This document shows, piece by piece, positions 1 to 7,745 of a DNA stretch of 53,593 bases. This DNA is from a virus (taxonomy: Duplodnaviria > Caudoviricetes), in the IMG/VR virus record IMGVR_UViG_3300023108_000037, positions 1 through 53,593 of that record, one strand, 5' to 3'. The notes under the pieces are model-generated. The model was given only the letters and a program-made list of their open reading frames with translations, did no database searches and was not told where the DNA came from. Both the position numbers and the translations under genes were made by a program. Numbering within the stretch: the stretch's first letter is position 1; every line of letters begins with the position of its first letter.

Positions 1-243
1 ATATTCATATCCCATCTCTTCACAGAACTTGACTACCTTGTGAAGGAGACCAACGTAGATTTCTCCACTAGACTGGTTGAACAATCTAATCTTTCCATCC
101 CAATACTTGCTCCTGTATTGTGGCATAAACTTTGCCCCAGGAACTTCAAACGTAAAAGTATCAGACAGTTCCATGTACACATGGGGTTCTGCCTTAATTC
201 GTAGATATACTTCGTTCTTTTTGGAAATGGAAACAGTGTTCAT
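1..243 (-). CDS. uvsW: UvsW DNA helicase, N-terminal part (runs off the window edge)
   Basis: Manual translation from ATG at 243 (TGATG overlap with the uvsY stop): MNTVSISKKNEVYLRIKAEPHVYMELSDTFTFEVPGAKFMPQYRSKYWDGKIRLF, a typical UvsW N-terminus; gp3-uvsY-uvsW synteny. Confidence 0.92.
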   Translation of the reverse strand, partial: MNTVSISKKNEVYLRIKAEPHVYMELSDTFTFEVPGAKFMPQYRSKYWDGKIRLFNQSSGEIYVGLLHKVVKFCEEMGYEY

Positions 244-671
244 CAGAAACCTCGTTGGAAGTTCTGCCACTCAATAGCGTTCTTGATTTGGTAGGTTCTG
301 TTGTTAATTTGTTTCAGAATACTCTCAAGATAATTGAGCATGGCATCATGATAGTCAATCTTCAGACGAATCTTAGATAGTTGTTCGTCTGCGTCTAAAT
401 GGTAGTTAAGAGAATCTTTCTCTCTTACTTTGTATGGAAAGGGGTCGTCTTCATAGACTTCTGGATCTGCCTTTCCGTTATAATAATTTCTGCGTTCAAG
501 GTATTTGGTTTTATAAGTTTGTTCTTCCTTCTTTTTCATCAGAAGAACTGTATTATATAGTTCGTGATATTTGGCGTGTAATCTGGGAACCTTGATTGAT
601 TCGTCGTGGAGATTGTCTGGGTCAAGGATGGAGTCTTTCGACCACATCTCATTAATAATGTCTAGATTCAT
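243..671 (-). CDS. uvsY: UvsY recombination mediator
   Basis: 142 aa; LHAKY, YY-G-A and RTYQIKNAIEW motifs; lies between gp3 and uvsW. Confidence 0.93.
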   Translation of the reverse strand: MNLDIINEMWSKDSILDPDNLHDESIKVPRLHAKYHELYNTVLLMKKKEEQTYKTKYLERRNYYNGKADPEVYEDDPFPYKVREKDSLNYHLDADEQLSKIRLKIDYHDAMLNYLESILKQINNRTYQIKNAIEWQNFQRGF

Positions 672-1222
672 GAAGTAGTGGAGACTGTTTCAATATTATA
701 AATGGTATATTTGAATGTAGCTGTTGCCGTTATTGTTTGATAATCAGTGTTTGTTGCATCAAATTGAAGTCCAGAGAGAGTATATGGAAACAATCCATTA
801 AACTTCACTCTTGCAATACTATTGAACTGATTGTTCAATACTACTAGAGTACCATCACTATACTGACGATCCATGTCTTGAACACCATCTGGATCAGTCA
901 CCAGATCTTTGAAATCCTGAATGCTATTTGGAAAACCTAGTCCCCTCATCCAGTTATGCACTGTGAGATAGTTTTCCATTTTTTCATCTACAATGAACTG
1001 TAGAGTCAGATCCTCAAAAACTAATCTGTCACCAGCAAGTGGCAACTCTTTCAAATAGTTGGGTGCGTTGACTGTTCCAAGTGTCAGACCAGGCAGATTG
1101 GCAGTATTGGAAAAGAAATCTACCTTTGGGAATCTGGCAAGCGTAAAATTAAATCCTACATTGGATAGGTAATTTCTATTTTGAATTTGCCTATCAAAAG
1201 GATCTCTTCTAGGAGCAGCCAT
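668..1222 (-). CDS. gp3: Tail tube terminator / tail completion protein gp3
   Basis: 184 aa; NYLS..GF.F, ANLPGLTLG, F.VDE.MENY...HNW and ATF.Y motifs; synteny. Confidence 0.88.
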   Translation of the reverse strand: MAAPRRDPFDRQIQNRNYLSNVGFNFTLARFPKVDFFSNTANLPGLTLGTVNAPNYLKELPLAGDRLVFEDLTLQFIVDEKMENYLTVHNWMRGLGFPNSIQDFKDLVTDPDGVQDMDRQYSDGTLVVLNNQFNSIARVKFNGLFPYTLSGLQFDATNTDYQTITATATFKYTIYNIETVSTTS

Positions 1223-1244
1223 GATTTGCCATAGTTTACTAGTC

Positions 1245-1251
1245 TATTTAT
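1245..1251 (-). promoter_or_regulatory. T4-type late promoter for gp3
   Basis: ATAAATA on the minus strand about 23 nt upstream of the gp3 ATG. Confidence 0.7.
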
Positions 1252-1257
1252 TGGCAT

Positions 1258-1283
1258 AAAAAAGAGGAGTCCTAAGACTCCCC
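1258..1283 (-). terminator. Rho-independent terminator
   Basis: GGGGAGTC-TTAG-GACTCCTC followed by TTTTTT on the minus strand. Confidence 0.85.
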
Positions 1284-1302
1284 AACACTTCCTTCACACG
1301 GA
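1258..1302 (-). ncRNA. Candidate ~45-nt small RNA (or functional 3' UTR)
   Basis: Extended -10 TGaTATAAT (1308-1316), then single-stranded CCGTGTGAAGGAAGTGTT, then the terminator; no ORF. Confidence 0.4.
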
Positions 1303-1313
1303 TTACTATTATA

Positions 1314-1487
1314 TCACATTAGAATACTCCTGCAAACACGCTTACAAGATGTTTCGTTGATGGAATCGCATTCAATCAGACACTCATAATAGTCATTGAT
1401 TTTTTGCTGTTCCAGATCGGATTCATCTACATCGGTTTCTACATGCCTCCATTCGTCTAACTGGGCTCTTGATAATAGATTGTGCAT
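1314..1487 (-). CDS. 57-aa twin-Cx3C small protein (not in ORF track)
   Basis: Manual translation MHNLLSRAQLDEWRHVETDVDESDLEQQKINDYYECLIECDSINETSCKRVCRSILM; SD AAGGAG at 1494-1499; own upstream -10 box and downstream terminator. Confidence 0.85.
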   Translation of the reverse strand: MHNLLSRAQLDEWRHVETDVDESDLEQQKINDYYECLIECDSINETSCKRVCRSILM

Positions 1488-1556
1488 TTCAAACTCCTTT
1501 TTGTGGACAATAACAAAGGAAGTTCATTTACTGCATTGGACTATTCCCAATTCTGT

Positions 1557-1606
1557 ATTATATAGTCTACTTTGTGTTAATTCACTAACATTTGTGTCAT
1601 TGTTAC
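1557..1606 (-). promoter_or_regulatory. Sigma70-type -10 box with upstream palindromic operator-like site
   Basis: TATAAT at 1557-1562; TGTTA-N6-TAACA at 1575-1590; direct repeat TTTGTGT at 1571 and 1591. Confidence 0.5.
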
Positions 1607-1614
1607 ATAAAGAC

Positions 1615-1639
1615 AAAAAAAGAGACCCTTTCGGGTCTC
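1615..1639 (-). terminator. Rho-independent terminator after gp23
   Basis: GAGACCC-GAAA-GGGTCTC-TTTTTTT on the minus strand. Confidence 0.92.
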
Positions 1640-1663
1640 AATGTTAAGTATGTGAAATATGGA

Positions 1664-3106
1664 TCACATAAGGTTGGCAACCTTGACTCTCTGGTAGTAA
1701 CGGTTGACACCAGGATAGACACGACCCAGACCTTGGTTATCGACATTGCCTTCAGCGAAGGGGTTGGAGATAAGACCATAACGGGTCTTAAAGCCAATCT
1801 TGGGCTGGAAGGTGTTCTCACCAACGGCACGAACCATCTGCAGGGGAACGTAGGGGCAGTAGAAGAGACCAGCATCATAGGGGCTGGAACCTTTGTAACC
1901 GACAACGTAGTACTGGTTAGCAGCACTGTTAGCAGCAAATGGGTCAATGTAGACTCTGTACTTACCGTTGATAGTACCAGCAAAGGTGTTGCCAGTGTCA
2001 TCAACGTTCAGGTTTGCGTTCAGAGCAGGGGTGTAATCAAGTACACCAGCCATGGTCAGAGCGGAAGCAACATCAGCAGAAGTCAGGATGATGTTACCCT
2101 TCCCTCTACGAGTTCTTTGTGCGATGCGGTTGGCATCTCTCTCGATCTGGAACAGAAGTCCTTTGAACTTCTCAACGGACCAACGACCGTTGGAGTCAAC
2201 GTCGAGGTCAAATGTACCTGCGGTGGCAACGTTTGCCTGAGCACCGTTCTCAGCAACCTTATAGATGGTTCTGATGACTTCACGGTTGATCTCAGCAAGA
2301 ATCTCAGTGCTGAGGATGTTTGCCAGTTCGGCTTCGGCATTCAGACCGTGGATAGCACGAAGGTCTTGTGCCAGTTCCAGGGAGTATTCTGCCTTCAGAG
2401 CACGGGACTTAGCAGTAACGGTAACTTTCTCGATCGAGAAAGCCATCTGGTTGAAGTCTTCGTTGGTGCCGTCGCCCAGAGCTTCAGCATCACCAGTCTC
2501 CATGCCTTGACCGACATTGTACTGAGTACCAATGCCTGTGGTTGTACCAGTACCAGACAGAACCGAAGGATTGGTTCCACGCTGATCACCAGTTGTACCG
2601 AAACCAACCAACTCACCGTCAAGAACTTGACCAGAGTAGTTACCACCAGTTCTGCCAGAAGCAAAGTCTCTGGTGGAGGAGAATGCGGTATCGGGCTCGT
2701 CGAACAGAGCTTCGGTGCCACTCTGAGTGGAGTAGCGGGAACGCATTGCGAAGATCAGTCCAGTGGGACCGTTCATTGGTTGAACACCAGCCAGGTCATA
2801 AGCAACCAGGTTGGGCATAGAACGTCTGATCAGGGAGATCAGAACGGGGTCGAAACCAGCAACAGGACCTGCGGCAGCGGAATCAGCACCGAAACCACCA
2901 GAAGCACCAGCAGCGTTAGCAACGTTGGTGGGAGCCTCAGTCAGCATTCCACCGTTTTCGAAGGCAGACTGCTCACGCAGGAATCTCTCTTGGTTTTCGA
3001 GCAGAACGGCAGTAACAGCCTTTCTGTGGGAATCTTTAATAGGATCGCAGGACTCTGCATTAAGCAGAGGACCCCACTTCTCCATAAGTTTTTCGGAATT
3101 AAACAT
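1664..3106 (-). CDS. gp23: Major capsid protein gp23
   Basis: 480 aa; KWGPLL, AVLLENQE, GVQPM.GPTGLIFAMR, KSRALKAEYSLELAQDL, FQPKIGFKTRYG motifs. Confidence 0.99.
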   Translation of the reverse strand: MFNSEKLMEKWGPLLNAESCDPIKDSHRKAVTAVLLENQERFLREQSAFENGGMLTEAPTNVANAAGASGGFGADSAAAGPVAGFDPVLISLIRRSMPNLVAYDLAGVQPMNGPTGLIFAMRSRYSTQSGTEALFDEPDTAFSSTRDFASGRTGGNYSGQVLDGELVGFGTTGDQRGTNPSVLSGTGTTTGIGTQYNVGQGMETGDAEALGDGTNEDFNQMAFSIEKVTVTAKSRALKAEYSLELAQDLRAIHGLNAEAELANILSTEILAEINREVIRTIYKVAENGAQANVATAGTFDLDVDSNGRWSVEKFKGLLFQIERDANRIAQRTRRGKGNIILTSADVASALTMAGVLDYTPALNANLNVDDTGNTFAGTINGKYRVYIDPFAANSAANQYYVVGYKGSSPYDAGLFYCPYVPLQMVRAVGENTFQPKIGFKTRYGLISNPFAEGNVDNQGLGRVYPGVNRYYQRVKVANLM

Positions 3107-3148
3107 TGTTCTCCTTAAGGATTTAAGTTTGTGGTTTACAATTTATAA

Positions 3149-4204
3149 TCAGTTATTCATCGACAGGGCTCTCATGTAAGCAGCCATGGCATCAGAGGAA
3201 ACCTCTGGCTCAGGATCACTTACACCCTCCGACAAAGTTTCAGAAGATTTTACGTCTGTGCTCTTAGAAGTTGGGAAATACGACTCTCTAAGAGTTTCTA
3301 ACTTACCACGGTATTCTTCTTCACCCGCAAACTCAACACCTTCAGCCAGAGAAGCAAGCTTTTCCTTCTGTGTATCAGCCAGACCTTCAGTTACCTTACC
3401 GAAAATTCCTTCGGCAGTAGCTTCAGCCAGTCTGTTAGTAAGGGAAATATTCTTCTCAACTTGCAGGTTGAGTTTTCCTTCCATTTCATCAAGTTTATCT
3501 ACCATGCTCTCAAGAACATCATACTTATCATCAGGGATAGTTACATAATGATCTTCAAAGAGACCCTTCATTCCTTGCAGGAACGATTCGGTCATTTCGG
3601 TCTTCAGACCATGCTCAACTTCGATGGCATTCTCAGTAAGCCACTCATCAGCGACATACTCCAGATATGAATCGAGTCTTTCGACGAGCTCTGCCTTAAC
3701 CGATTCGAGATTCTCAGAAAGAGTTTTCTCGTACTCAGCAGCAAGAGCTTCTTGGATTTCACTGACCTTAGCAGTCAGAGCAGCTTCGAAAATTGTCTTT
3801 GCCTTTTCTTGGAACTCTTCACTGAGTTCCTCACCACCGAACAGAGCAGCAAGATCTTCCTCAACATTCAGTTGGGGTTCTTCTTGTGTTTCTTCGGCTT
3901 CCGCAACAACCTCTTGACCTTCCTCAGCCTCGGTCTCCTCAGCATACTTAGGAGCCTTAGGCATTGGTTCTGCAGGCTTAGCACCCTTATTTACGATGTC
4001 CTTTACTGTTGCCAGTGAAGGAGCCTTAAGGGCAGCCGACATATCATCGGGCTTGTAGTTTTCAGGGGTTGGACCTCCAAGATCTTCAACTGTGCCTTGG
4101 GCAGCAGTATAAGAAGCTTTCTTAGATGCATCCATTGGTTCAGCGGCTTTCGCACCCCTAGTTACGGGATTTTCCATTTCTTGTAAATCTTTACCAGCGG
4201 ACAT
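3149..4204 (-). CDS. gp22: Prohead core scaffold protein gp22
   Basis: 351 aa, acidic coiled coil; LSEEF..KA.TIFEAA, YLEYV..EW..EN motifs; between gp21 and gp23. Confidence 0.95.
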   Translation of the reverse strand: MSAGKDLQEMENPVTRGAKAAEPMDASKKASYTAAQGTVEDLGGPTPENYKPDDMSAALKAPSLATVKDIVNKGAKPAEPMPKAPKYAEETEAEEGQEVVAEAEETQEEPQLNVEEDLAALFGGEELSEEFQEKAKTIFEAALTAKVSEIQEALAAEYEKTLSENLESVKAELVERLDSYLEYVADEWLTENAIEVEHGLKTEMTESFLQGMKGLFEDHYVTIPDDKYDVLESMVDKLDEMEGKLNLQVEKNISLTNRLAEATAEGIFGKVTEGLADTQKEKLASLAEGVEFAGEEEYRGKLETLRESYFPTSKSTDVKSSETLSEGVSDPEPEVSSDAMAAYMRALSMNN

Positions 4205-4243
4205 TTTTCGATTTCTCCGATTGATTGATCTAGTGATAATCTG

Positions 4244-4250
4244 TATTTAT
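4244..4250 (-). promoter_or_regulatory. Late promoter for gp22-gp23
   Basis: ATAAATA (tandem copies) on the minus strand upstream of gp22. Confidence 0.75.
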
Positions 4251-4258
4251 TTATTATT

Positions 4259-4909
4259 TCAAAGATTTGATAAGAACTGATTGAACAGATTTAACTTCTG
4301 TTCTTCCAGTCTTTTCTGATCAACGAGAGTGTTGATCGTCTTATATGTTTTTTCTGCGAGTTTTTCACGGAGAATTCCTCCATCCCAAACCCACTCTTTT
4401 CCTTCCATAATTCCGTTGACAAATGCATCGGGTGCGGAAGGATCGGCAACGATATCAGCAGCAGTTGCTAACATGAAATCTTCACCGACAACCTTGATAC
4501 CATTACGATCTTCTTTCAGAGAACCAAGTCCTCTAGAAGAAACACCAAGTTTGACACCTTCATCAAGAAGAGACTTGGCAATGCTACCCATAGGAGTAGA
4601 GAGGATTTGCGCTCTACCAATAAAATTGGAACCTTCTTGTCTCAGAGAAGTAATCTTGTGCGAAACACGATCGAGATTGATGGTGGGACCATCGGGATGA
4701 CCGAGTTCACCAAGAGCACGACCTTTGCCAACAAACTGTTCGTTATAACGACCAACTTCTTTGGCAAGAGTCTGGGAAGGATACATTCTTCCATTACGAT
4801 TCTTGATGTCTCCTTGCAGGAATACACCTTCAATATAGAGGTTCTTTTTACCGTTGCGTTGTTCAACGATAACCTCTACTTGTTCGATTTCTTCTCTGAT
4901 AAGTTCCAT
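4259..4909 (-). CDS. gp21: Prohead protease gp21
   Basis: 216 aa; IEGVFLQ, NRNGRMY, ALGELGHP, GVSSRGLGSL, DIVADPSAPDA motifs. Confidence 0.98.
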   Translation of the reverse strand: MELIREEIEQVEVIVEQRNGKKNLYIEGVFLQGDIKNRNGRMYPSQTLAKEVGRYNEQFVGKGRALGELGHPDGPTINLDRVSHKITSLRQEGSNFIGRAQILSTPMGSIAKSLLDEGVKLGVSSRGLGSLKEDRNGIKVVGEDFMLATAADIVADPSAPDAFVNGIMEGKEWVWDGGILREKLAEKTYKTINTLVDQKRLEEQKLNLFNQFLSNL

Positions 4910-4913
4910 TTTT

Positions 4914-5186
4914 TTATGCGGTAAATCCTACTTTTGCTGCTCTAACATTAGCACTCAGTGCATAAACACAATGAGTTGGTCTCTTTTCAAGATATTCGAC
5001 AGCACCCGATGGTAATGTCATTGAACCAATGCCCGTGCCGCTTCTTGTTTCTACAACATAAACAGTGTGGGATGAAGAACCATCATTGTTAATTAAACGA
5101 ACAACAGTAGCCTCACTAAGGCTAGATGCTGTTCCAGTTGTTGTGGGGAGAGCAATTTCATCCCCTAAAAGCAAAGTTCTTGCCAT
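4914..5186 (-). CDS. Hypothetical protein, 90 aa, probably structural
   Basis: Compact ORF coupled between the gp20 and gp21 genes; beta-rich. Confidence 0.75.
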   Translation of the reverse strand: MARTLLLGDEIALPTTTGTASSLSEATVVRLINNDGSSSHTVYVVETRSGTGIGSMTLPSGAVEYLEKRPTHCVYALSANVRAAKVGFTA

Positions 5187-5380
5187 TAGTTTTCTTCCTG
5201 TGTTTCGATCTCAACGGTTTCTTCTTCAGTCTCAGTCTCTCCACCAAAGAGAGAATTAGCAACCACGGGTCTCAAAGCATCGACTCTTTCAGCAGCTTTG
5301 CTGTAAAGAGCATCTTTGATTTTGTCACTAATTTCAGACGCAGAAGAATCAGTGGCAATAAGGTCAATAACGTCTTCCAT
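5186..5380 (-). CDS. Small acidic prohead core protein (gp67-like position)
   Basis: 64 aa, Glu-rich tail, directly after the portal gene and behind a late promoter. Confidence 0.7.
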   Translation of the reverse strand: MEDVIDLIATDSSASEISDKIKDALYSKAAERVDALRPVVANSLFGGETETEEETVEIETQEEN

Positions 5381-5406
5381 TTTTAAAAATACTATTGTCT
5401 AACGAT

Positions 5407-5414
5407 TATTTATA
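5407..5414 (-). promoter_or_regulatory. Late promoter TATAAATA overlapping the gp20 stop codon
   Basis: Perfect T4 late consensus. Confidence 0.8.
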
Positions 5415-7062
5415 TGACGCCAACATCCAGATCAGTATCCGTCATATCGTTTCCTCTTTGACGGAGATTTTCTTCTGGTGGTTGTTGACCCATGGGATCC
5501 ATTCCAGGTTCCATTTCAAGCATCTGCTCATTAGGATCTGGAATAATTCCTCTTTCAATTTCATCCTCAATTTGAGCATCAATCTCAAGAATTTCTTGAT
5601 CCTTCTGCTGCAGAACTTTTCTGCGGACATACTCTGTAGAGTAGTATCTACCGACATAAGGTTCTACTTGGGCAAGAAGAGCGAGTCTTCCTTCCATCAA
5701 TTCTTTTTCTTTGAGTTCAGCAAAATGATTATCATAGAGATAATCGAACTGAATATGCTCAGACATTGTTTCCCAATCTTCGGGAGTAACAATATTCTTA
5801 AGCAAAAGTTGAGTCTTCAGCATATCAAGGAATACATTGCTGAATCTCTTGCGAAGTCTTCCTACAAACTTACTGAATGAAAGTTCGTCACGCAGAATTT
5901 CAGAAGAACGTCCAAGGTTGAAACCATCACCAGAACCAGGCATTCTAGATTCGGGAACACCCAGAGATCTATAAAGTTTCTTCTGGAAATATTCGATATC
6001 AGAGAGTTCACCTAAGTTCTGACCACCAGGCAGAGTTGTGATTTCTGTGCCACGACCACCTTCTCTTCTAGGAAGCCAGAAGTCTTCCAGCATGGACATG
6101 TATTTTTTATCGTCACGAATTTCACCAGTGTTGGCATTATAGACAAGCTTGTTGCGATAACGATTCATTACGTCACGCAGATATTGCTCTGCCTTTACCT
6201 TAGGAAGATTACCAACATCGATGTAGAAGATTCTACGCTCAGGTGCTCTACTCAAACGATAGATGACCAGAGAGTCTTCAATCATTCTAAGTTGATTGAG
6301 AGACTTGATTGCTTTCTGCAAATAAGAAAGAACAGAGTGACGATTTCTATCTACCAGACCAGATGTGCAATATGTGATAGCGTCTTTTGCAATCTTAACT
6401 CCTTTGGTTCCACCACCATAACTTGGAACTGTGGTTGGATAGTTAATCTTAGGAGTATACATGAAATACTCTTCCATCTCAGGAAAAATCACTCTTTGAT
6501 TTTCTGAGACTTGAGTATTGTTAAACAGATCAGATCTATCTTTGTTCTTATCTTTTTCTTTTCTGATATAACGCATCTTCAATGCGTCAATATATCTTAC
6601 TTCTTGAATACCGTCTTGTGGTCTCTTTAAGTCAATTACCTTATGATAATAGATTCTACCATCAACATACCAGTTGCGGAAAATTTCATGTGCCTTCTTA
6701 TCAAAATCTAGAAGGTCTTTGATGTGTTTGAATTCTTTGCGAATTTTATCTTTGATACCATCACTAGCATTGAGATTGTTAAGATCAATCTCAACAGGAG
6801 AATCATCAAGGTCACTAACAATAGCCTCGTTAACTACGTTTTCAATTGCTTGGTCGCACTCTGGATGGAGTGCCATTTCACGATATCTACGAATGAGTTC
6901 ATACTCACTTTTGTAGACACCTTCGAGGTCAATCGACTGACTACCAAAAGCGGTAGAGACGTAAAAATCAGCCCCGTCCTCGTTTGTCGGAGGGACGGGA
7001 CTGACTATACCTTTAGATTTATCCTCGTTGTCCTCAATAGAGAAACCAAAGAGCCTAGCCAT
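5410..7062 (-). CDS. gp20: Portal vertex protein gp20
   Basis: 550 aa; WYVDGRIYYHK, RAPERRIFYIDVGNLPK.KAEQYL, EDFWLPRREGGRGTEITTLPGG motifs. Confidence 0.99.
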   Translation of the reverse strand: MARLFGFSIEDNEDKSKGIVSPVPPTNEDGADFYVSTAFGSQSIDLEGVYKSEYELIRRYREMALHPECDQAIENVVNEAIVSDLDDSPVEIDLNNLNASDGIKDKIRKEFKHIKDLLDFDKKAHEIFRNWYVDGRIYYHKVIDLKRPQDGIQEVRYIDALKMRYIRKEKDKNKDRSDLFNNTQVSENQRVIFPEMEEYFMYTPKINYPTTVPSYGGGTKGVKIAKDAITYCTSGLVDRNRHSVLSYLQKAIKSLNQLRMIEDSLVIYRLSRAPERRIFYIDVGNLPKVKAEQYLRDVMNRYRNKLVYNANTGEIRDDKKYMSMLEDFWLPRREGGRGTEITTLPGGQNLGELSDIEYFQKKLYRSLGVPESRMPGSGDGFNLGRSSEILRDELSFSKFVGRLRKRFSNVFLDMLKTQLLLKNIVTPEDWETMSEHIQFDYLYDNHFAELKEKELMEGRLALLAQVEPYVGRYYSTEYVRRKVLQQKDQEILEIDAQIEDEIERGIIPDPNEQMLEMEPGMDPMGQQPPEENLRQRGNDMTDTDLDVGVI

Positions 7063-7086
7063 ATTAAAGTGTGCGTTCTATTCTCC

Positions 7087-7093
7087 TATTTAT
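7087..7093 (-). promoter_or_regulatory. Late promoter for gp20
   Basis: ATAAATA on the minus strand immediately after the gp19 stop. Confidence 0.7.
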
Positions 7094-7725
7094 CAGGCAA
7101 TAGTACCACCGTTTCCAATAGCCTCCCACCACTGAACCTGAAGTTCAACGGTGAACTCTTCGATAGCATCAGTGTTATCGTAAGAAAGTTCAATAGCAGA
7201 GACGTTTGTTGGCCAAATTCCGTGGAACTGATAGCTTCTGAGAATGGGTTGATCAACACCACTTTCTTGAGCACCAGCACCACCACTTACAGGAGCACGT
7301 CCAAGTTGGTGAACAATCGCATCAGTCTGATAATCCAGGGGATCTGTGTTACCAGCATTGGTGGATACCTGAGCAATAGAGTTCATCCATCTTTCGAAGG
7401 AACCTCTGAGAGCAAAGTCGGTATCGTTGATGATTGTAACAGTCCAAACATCAAACGTTCTATCACCAGCAATCTTGAGGTTGCGTCCTCTAAAAGGAAT
7501 GGTGATTGGTGTTACTGTAGAAGCAGGAAGGTTTGCACCTTTGACCAGGAATCTTGCTTTAGTGTCAAGGTCATTAACACTAGGATCGACTACATCTTCT
7601 GGGAAAGTCAGAACAACCTCAAACAGATTAGGTCTGGCGATACCGCCAGACAATCTGCTCTTAAATCTATCAATAGTTCGATCAGCTGTCTTCGGGGGAT
7701 TTTGTTGTTGAATTAAGTCCGCCAT
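7093..7725 (-). CDS. gp19: Tail tube protein gp19
   Basis: 210 aa; GG.ARPNLFEV, FRGR.LKIAGDRTFD.WTVTIIND, IEEFTVE motifs. Confidence 0.98.
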   Translation of the reverse strand: MADLIQQQNPPKTADRTIDRFKSRLSGGIARPNLFEVVLTFPEDVVDPSVNDLDTKARFLVKGANLPASTVTPITIPFRGRNLKIAGDRTFDVWTVTIINDTDFALRGSFERWMNSIAQVSTNAGNTDPLDYQTDAIVHQLGRAPVSGGAGAQESGVDQPILRSYQFHGIWPTNVSAIELSYDNTDAIEEFTVELQVQWWEAIGNGGTIA

Positions 7726-7745
7726 CGGTTTGTTACCTCTTTAAA

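Noticed and set aside
1314-1487. Calling the microprotein CP12
   Set aside because: It lacks the AWD.VEEL core and the CP12 C-terminal Cys spacing.
1591-1607. Possible NtcA box
   Set aside because: Spacing does not fit GTA-N8-TAC on either strand.
1396-1647. 83-aa plus-strand ORF between gp3 and gp23
   Set aside because: It overlaps the better-supported minus-strand 57-aa gene, its promoter and a terminator.
1223-1663. Absence of gp24 after gp23, and of recognisable gp9-gp12 after gp8
   Set aside because: This is the usual layout in T4-like cyanophages, not a novelty.
1592-3118. 508-aa plus-strand ORF antisense to gp23
   Set aside because: It mirrors gp23 codon for codon; strong codon bias in a highly expressed gene removes antisense stops. 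No RBS or recognisable motifs.
6724-7716. 330-aa plus-strand ORF and the many other plus-strand or alternate-frame ORFs in the track
   Set aside because: All are shadows of well-supported minus-strand genes, with no expression signals or protein motifs.
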